Source of the DNA: an uncultured Spirochaetota bacterium
GTDB lineage: Bacteria; Spirochaetota; Spirochaetia; SZUA-6; Fen-1364
Length of the DNA stretch: 64,000 bases
Assembly: GCA_963781885.1 (NCBI GenBank)
Contig: CAWAHW010000004.1
Span: forward strand, 160,001-224,000
Reading direction: 5' to 3'
Under the pieces are notes generated by a model. That model was not told where the DNA came from. It did no database searches and worked only from the letters and a program-made list of their open reading frames with translations. The position numbers and the translations under genes were made by a program. Positions 59,045 through 64,000 of the stretch are shown piece after piece; within the stretch, counting starts at the first letter, position 1, and each line of letters starts with the position of its first letter.

Positions 59045-59883
59045 AGTCTTATCCTCGCGTCCTCTTTCAGAGATGCATAGAGCCGCTGATCCAGTCTTTG
59101 ATTGTCCTTCAAGGATTCGATCAGGACGATGGCCTTTTGCGGACAATGATGGATGCACCGCGTGCACAGCTCGCAGCGCTCCGGGACGTGGATGGGGACC
59201 TCCCCCGAGGCGATCCACGCGCCTCGCTTGCACGCGGCCGCGCATGCGCCGCAGAAGGTGCATCGCTCCGGCAGGACGCGGAATTTTCCCCGCCACCCCT
59301 TGAATCCATCGAGGATCAGGACCTGCAGCAGCCATGTGAATGGCGTATACCACTTGAGCGCCGGGATAAGACCGCGCGGCTGGGTCGCGGCACACACGCC
59401 GATCTCTTCGGCGATCGATCGCAGTTTCTGAGGAAGCCGCTTCTCGAAACGGTACAGCCAGGGCACGAGACGGCCGGGGAGGACGCACGTCACGTCGCTT
59501 CCGGGCGCGCGGACGACCTTCGAGCCCGCGACAATGATCCCCCGCTTCCTCAGGCTGAGCGCGCACGTGCGGATCGAATTCTCCGAGTAAAGCTCATCGG
59601 TCGTCACGATGTACGAGGCCCGAGGCGGATCGAAGGGACCCAACCTCTCGATGAATTCCTGCATCGACGGCGCGGGCTTCAGGAAATAGGTCGGATAGCA
59701 GAACACCAGGAAGTCGGAATCCGCCGCCTGCTCGGGGGCGCGGGGATCGTAGACCCCGGTCACGCAGGCGTCGTTCTTCGCGGACAGGATTTCCCCGAGA
59801 AGCTCCGCGACGAGCCTCGTCCCTCCGGTCCCCGAATAGTAGAGCAAAGAGATCCGGCTGCGGCGCGCAGGCGTGTCATCCAT
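59041..59883 (-). CDS. EFR1-family flavodoxin-ferredoxin protein
   Basis: YYSGTGGT; CTFCGACAAAC and CELCTRCIHHCP. Confidence 0.85.
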   Translation of the reverse strand: MDDTPARRSRISLLYYSGTGGTRLVAELLGEILSAKNDACVTGVYDPRAPEQAADSDFLVFCYPTYFLKPAPSMQEFIERLGPFDPPRASYIVTTDELYSENSIRTCALSLRKRGIIVAGSKVVRAPGSDVTCVLPGRLVPWLYRFEKRLPQKLRSIAEEIGVCAATQPRGLIPALKWYTPFTWLLQVLILDGFKGWRGKFRVLPERCTFCGACAAACKRGAWIASGEVPIHVPERCELCTRCIHHCPQKAIVLIESLKDNQRLDQRLYASLKEDARIRL

Positions 59884-59901
59884 GCAATCGGTCCCGATCC
59901 C

Positions 59902-60741
59902 TCAGACCCCGCGCCTTCGGGGCAGATCCGACGTGGCTTCCGCCTCTGCCTCGCCGAAACCGCCCCAGAGACGGTGAATCGCGCGCATGGCCAAGCCCCG
60001 CGGGACCAGACGGCCGACCATGGCCAGCACCCGGTTGCAGAAACCCGGGATAATGATCGCCTTGTTGCGCGTGACGCCCTCCAACGCGGTGCGCGCGATA
60101 TGCCCGGGAGTCAGACAGAACAGGCGCGGCAGGAAGCCGAGCTTGTCCACGTAGTCTCCGACGGCAGCGGTCGTCTTGAAGGCGTTCGGACAGAGAACGC
60201 TCACGCCGATTCTGCCGGAAAGCTCCTCCCGCACGGCGAGGCTGAAATTGAGAACGAAGCTCTTGGTCGCCGAATAGACGGAAAGGGAAGGCATCGGGAA
60301 GAAGGCGCCGAGACTCCCGACATTCAGGATATGAGCGCTCTCGAGGCCCTCGAATTCGGCAACGAAGAACCGCGTCAGGCGGACGAGGGCGATCGTATTC
60401 AATTGCATGACCGATTCTTCATAGTCGATGGCGGAATCCGCGAACGGCCCCACCGCCCCGATGCCGGCGTTGTTGACAAGGAGGTCGATATCGAGCCCTT
60501 TCGATCGAATCATTTCGATGAGGCGATCGAGTGTGGCGCTGTCCGTCAGGTCGGCCTCCAGCCAGTCGACCGAGACGCCGTGTTCCCGAGCGATCGAATC
60601 GCTCAATTCGGGCAGTCCACTGCCCGGCAGCGCCACGAGCAGAAGATCCATGCCGCGGGCGGCGCACTCTCGAGCGAAGGCCCTGCCAAGCCCAAGGCTC
60701 GCACCGGTGATCAGCGCGCAATTGTATGTTTTGCCAGACAT
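59902..60741 (-). CDS. short-chain dehydrogenase/reductase
   Basis: ITGASLGLG, LVNNAG, YSATK. Confidence 0.92.
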   Translation of the reverse strand: MSGKTYNCALITGASLGLGRAFARECAARGMDLLLVALPGSGLPELSDSIAREHGVSVDWLEADLTDSATLDRLIEMIRSKGLDIDLLVNNAGIGAVGPFADSAIDYEESVMQLNTIALVRLTRFFVAEFEGLESAHILNVGSLGAFFPMPSLSVYSATKSFVLNFSLAVREELSGRIGVSVLCPNAFKTTAAVGDYVDKLGFLPRLFCLTPGHIARTALEGVTRNKAIIIPGFCNRVLAMVGRLVPRGLAMRAIHRLWGGFGEAEAEATSDLPRRRGV

Positions 60742-60864
60742 TTTTCCCCTCGTGCCGCGTTTACTCAGGATGGACATCTCAGGCTATTACACTATCAAAC
60801 ACCGCGGCGTCATCGATATGCCCCCTGCCCGGGCGGCGCATCCTTTGCGGGTGACGCGTGAGGG

Positions 60865-62517
60865 CAGCAATTCTAACTATGGGTCTGTACGGGACGCAAT
60901 GCCGTAGATTACCGGGAACGCCCGTCTAGTATTCGCTATGAGTTGCATGCCGTACACTTGCCCTCAGAATGTCAGGAGGGGAGACGTTTGAGGCCCTGAT
61001 GTCCCTTCTCATGGGATGCGTCGAGAGGTTTCCAGATCGACGAACGGGCAAGAATACGCAGTTCTCCCTTGAAGATGTGACGCGCGGGGCTTTCGGAGTG
61101 TTCTTCTGTCAGAGTCCCTCCTTTCTGGCCTTCCAAGAGTTGATGCAGCAACAGCAGGGTAAGAACAACGCACGGAGCCTTTTTGGGGTCCAGCAGATTC
61201 CCTCGGACAACCAGATCAGAGCCTTGTTGGACCCCGTGGATCCCTCACTGTTGAATGCAGTCTACGAGAAGTGTTTTGATCTGATGCAGCAGCGCGGGCT
61301 TATGCAACCGATGAGGTCCTTTGCCAACTCGCTTCTGGTGGCCTTGGACGGCACAGGGTATTTCCTGTCGGAATCCATCCACTGTCCCTCCTGCATGGTA
61401 AGCAATCACCGTGACGGACGAGTCACCTACACACACTCCGTGCTGCTTCCCGCGGTGGTCAGTCCCCAACAGGCCCATGTGGTGGCGCTGCAGCCGGAGT
61501 TTCTCAGTCCCCAGGATGGCCATGATCGGCAGGACTGCGAGTTTCAAGCGGCCCTGCGCTGGATCGAGCGCTACGCTGCGCGATTGAGCCCCTTAGGAGT
61601 GACGCTGCTGGGAGATGACCTGTATTCGCGAACCCCCATCATCACTCGCGCCGTGCAGCAGGAGCTGGATTTCATCTTTGTTGCCAAGCCGGTCATGCAC
61701 AAGCACTTGTTTGAGGAGATTGAGGGCTTGGAGAAACTGGGCGGGGTGCACACCCTGCAACGCAGCGCCTGGACAGGTAAGGATCACCGTCACTACCACT
61801 ACCGCTGGATCAACGATGTCAGCCTGACCGCCGAGAAGGATAGCCCGGTGGTCTCATGGGTGGAATTGCAGATTCTCGACGACAAGGGCAAGGTCACTTA
61901 TCGCAACTGCTGGGTCACCAGCCACCCCATCAGCGAACAGACGGTGGTGGAGGTGGTGAACGCGGGTCGATGCCGCTGGAAGGTTGAGAACGAGAACTTC
62001 AACACACTGAAGACGAAGGGATACCACTTCGAGCACAATTTCGGCCATGGCCAGCAGTATCTGTCGCAGACACTGCTATCGCTGAATGTGATTGCCTTTC
62101 TTTTTCACACCCTTTTACAGCTCATGGATAGCCGCTGTGCCCTGCTTCGCTCGACACTGCCGCGTCGGGATACCTTTTTTCAACACGTTGCCACACTGAC
62201 CCAGTATCTGTGCTTTGACAGTTGGGTGGCTCTGATGCAGTTCATGGTGAATGGGCTGCACCTGCCTGACCCAGACGGATAGTTCACCGATCCTGCCTGC
62301 CTTCATAACACCCCTACAGAACCACCCTCCCTCCTGCGTGGCCAACCTTGGACGGGTGCTTGCTGTAAGTCCCCTTCCGCGCCTCACAACTCCGGCGGAC
62401 CTCCATTCAAACTTTCTCCTCCACCAAAGTCCTAATCCCGGATTCCCACCTGGGCGCATATACGCCATAGATTCCCTCATGCCAACCAAACGTCTTTGGC
62501 CATAATGCGAATTGCTG
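60865..62517 (+). mobile_element. complete ISNCY-type insertion sequence (1653 bp)
   Basis: Terminal IRs CAGCAATTCTAACTATGG and revcomp CAGCAATTCGCATTATGG (15/18 match); 9-bp direct repeat GCGTGAGGG at 60856-60864 and 62518-62526. Confidence 0.92.
60969..62282 (+). CDS. DDE transposase (ISNCY/IS4-like)
   Basis: ALDGTG, LGDDLY, GRCRWKVENENFNTLK, HFEHNFGHG. Confidence 0.9.
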   Translation: MSGGETFEALMSLLMGCVERFPDRRTGKNTQFSLEDVTRGAFGVFFCQSPSFLAFQELMQQQQGKNNARSLFGVQQIPSDNQIRALLDPVDPSLLNAVYEKCFDLMQQRGLMQPMRSFANSLLVALDGTGYFLSESIHCPSCMVSNHRDGRVTYTHSVLLPAVVSPQQAHVVALQPEFLSPQDGHDRQDCEFQAALRWIERYAARLSPLGVTLLGDDLYSRTPIITRAVQQELDFIFVAKPVMHKHLFEEIEGLEKLGGVHTLQRSAWTGKDHRHYHYRWINDVSLTAEKDSPVVSWVELQILDDKGKVTYRNCWVTSHPISEQTVVEVVNAGRCRWKVENENFNTLKTKGYHFEHNFGHGQQYLSQTLLSLNVIAFLFHTLLQLMDSRCALLRSTLPRRDTFFQHVATLTQYLCFDSWVALMQFMVNGLHLPDPDG

Positions 62518-62768
62518 GCGTGAGGGGCCCTTTCTTGCGTGCGCTCCGGCGGTGTGTTATTATGGAAGCGTTCGAACAGAAAGGCATAATGTTGTGTAGA
62601 CATCGTGTGTGTTCCCTTCAATCCCTCCCCAAATAGACCAAGGAGGCCCCCATGAGTGCGGTATGGGCATGGCTTGTCGACGTGGCGGGACTTTCCGGGC
62701 TGGCAGGCGATGTTCGCCTCCTGCCGCAAAGCCATTGCAGCGCCTTGCGCGCGATGGAGGAATGAACC

Positions 62769-63602
62769 ATGGCCGACCAGGTTTTCCGTCCACAGGCTTT
62801 CGAAGACGTCGAAGACGCCGGCTTGTCCGAGGCGGACTCGATGCTGCAGCGGGAAGGGGAAATGGACAAGACACTGGGAGACGCCACTCAGCAAGTGAGC
62901 ATCGAGGCGGAACGGGACATGGACACCTGCCCATTCGACATGGGAATCTCACAACCCCGCGCAATCAGCCTTCTCAAACTCTGTGAGCTGTGCGCGCAGC
63001 CGGTCCCGGCCCAGATTGCCGCGACCGTCGGCACGTCCCGATGTCCTTTCCTGCTCATCCACCAGGTAACTCCGTTCAGCAAGTTTGGATACCCCCCCAC
63101 GCGCGTGTGGGGGCTGGGCTACCAGGTGGACAATCTCGATGCGGGTCTCGTGCCGGTTGATTTTGCGCCTCGCAGCGAGTTCTTGGAAGTCGGTGGGTGG
63201 GCGACCGACATGAAGCTCGGCGTCGCGGCGGACGGCAGTTTCAGCCTGGATCCGTAGCTGATCCGCGCAGCCCAGACAGTGCCGGGCCTTTCCCTCCAGG
63301 GCGCCTCGGTGTCAGCGGCAATCAACAGCAGCGTATCTTTCGTGCTCAAGCTCAAACTGGATGTCCTCAAGATCATGGCCGGCCAGGTCGGCTGCGGGGC
63401 GAGATGGGACTTCGTGGAAAGAGACGAACGGATCGACAGGGCGTTGACAATGGTTCAGACGCTCATGGTCCGCGACACCACCAAGTCCCTCCACATGCAG
63501 GTACGGTCGTGGGTGCGGCGCAGAAGGAAGCTTCTCCCGGGTGGCGCGGCTCGAAGCTGGATCGTCGGGCCGCACGCCTTCACGGTCGGGCTCGAAACAT
63601 GA
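62769..63602 (+). pseudogene. hypothetical gene interrupted by one in-frame TAG (63255-63257)
   Basis: ORFs 62769-63257 and 63279-63602 share a frame; strong SD GGAGG before 62769 and none before 63279. Confidence 0.55.
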
Positions 63603-63611
63603 GGGGGTCAT

Positions 63612-64000
63612 ATGTCGGATTCGCCATCTCTGGTGCAGCTGCGAGCGTTGTGGGCTCAGAATCCCGCCGCGGCAATCCTCTTTGCGCGATTGGATCCCCA
63701 GTGCATTCCTCCGGACACCGGGCAGTATGCAGCCAACCTCCAGCGCTCAATCCAATCTCAACGCGAGACTGAACAGTCGGTGAACGCGGCTCTTGGAGCC
63801 ATGGGGATATTTCCGGCGGCGTCCCCCGGCGTTGGCTACGGCGCGACGGTCAATCCGGATGACCTCATGTTCTATGGAACCATGGGGCTCGTGAGGGCGC
63901 ATCAGGGCAACCCTCCGACAAGCGACGCGTGCGCCGGTTGCGCCGCCGCGATCCTGAGAGGCCAACGCGACCCCATGGACGCGCTCGCCCTGGCGGGGAG
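63612..64000 (+). CDS. hypothetical protein, runs off the window end
   Basis: ATG 63612 behind GAGGGGG; MSDSPSLVQLRALWAQNP... stays open to 64000. Confidence 0.55.
   Translation, partial: MSDSPSLVQLRALWAQNPAAAILFARLDPQCIPPDTGQYAANLQRSIQSQRETEQSVNAALGAMGIFPAASPGVGYGATVNPDDLMFYGTMGLVRAHQGNPPTSDACAGCAAAILRGQRDPMDALALAG

Overview
High-GC (about two-thirds by eye) chromosomal segment of a Spirochaetota bacterium. Evidence for the lineage: MIINHN-type FlaB flagellins, a long FliD, a PlzA-type PilZ protein and a group-X Pfk. Positions ~1.3-44.3 kb are core genome: infC-rpmI-rplT-zapB-zapA; a flagellar filament locus (flaB x2, flaG, fliD, flgN-K-L-fliW-csrA) interleaved with c-di-GMP genes (three PilZ proteins, one HD-GYP); tsaE/tsaB, trxB, lipoate ligase, GH3(-GNAT), mrfA/mrfB-like repair pair, glgC, mfd, ftsH, trpS, pfkA, a SAM-II-riboswitch-led metK-amrS pair, and tRNA-Asn. 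After the tRNA lies an accessory region: secreted proteins, a porin-like gene, two histidine kinases, an IclR-led IolD-like/split-transketolase sugar operon, SDR-EFR1-GT4, an intact ISNCY-type IS with a 9-bp target duplication, and unknown ORFs. An IS110 element occupies the left edge. The most unusual unexplained structure is a dispersed family of 25-30 bp hairpin units (AATG-stem-NNYA loop-stem-CCG) with compensatory stem changes, amplified into tandem arrays at four intergenic sites. Also notable: a structured IS110 non-coding end (bridge-RNA candidate), an inverted copy of the tRNA-Asn 3' half directly behind the tRNA, and GGA-loop hairpins before flaB/flaB/flaG. Several single-base frameshifts suggest assembly indel noise. 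All family assignments come from motif recognition by eye; no database searches were run.
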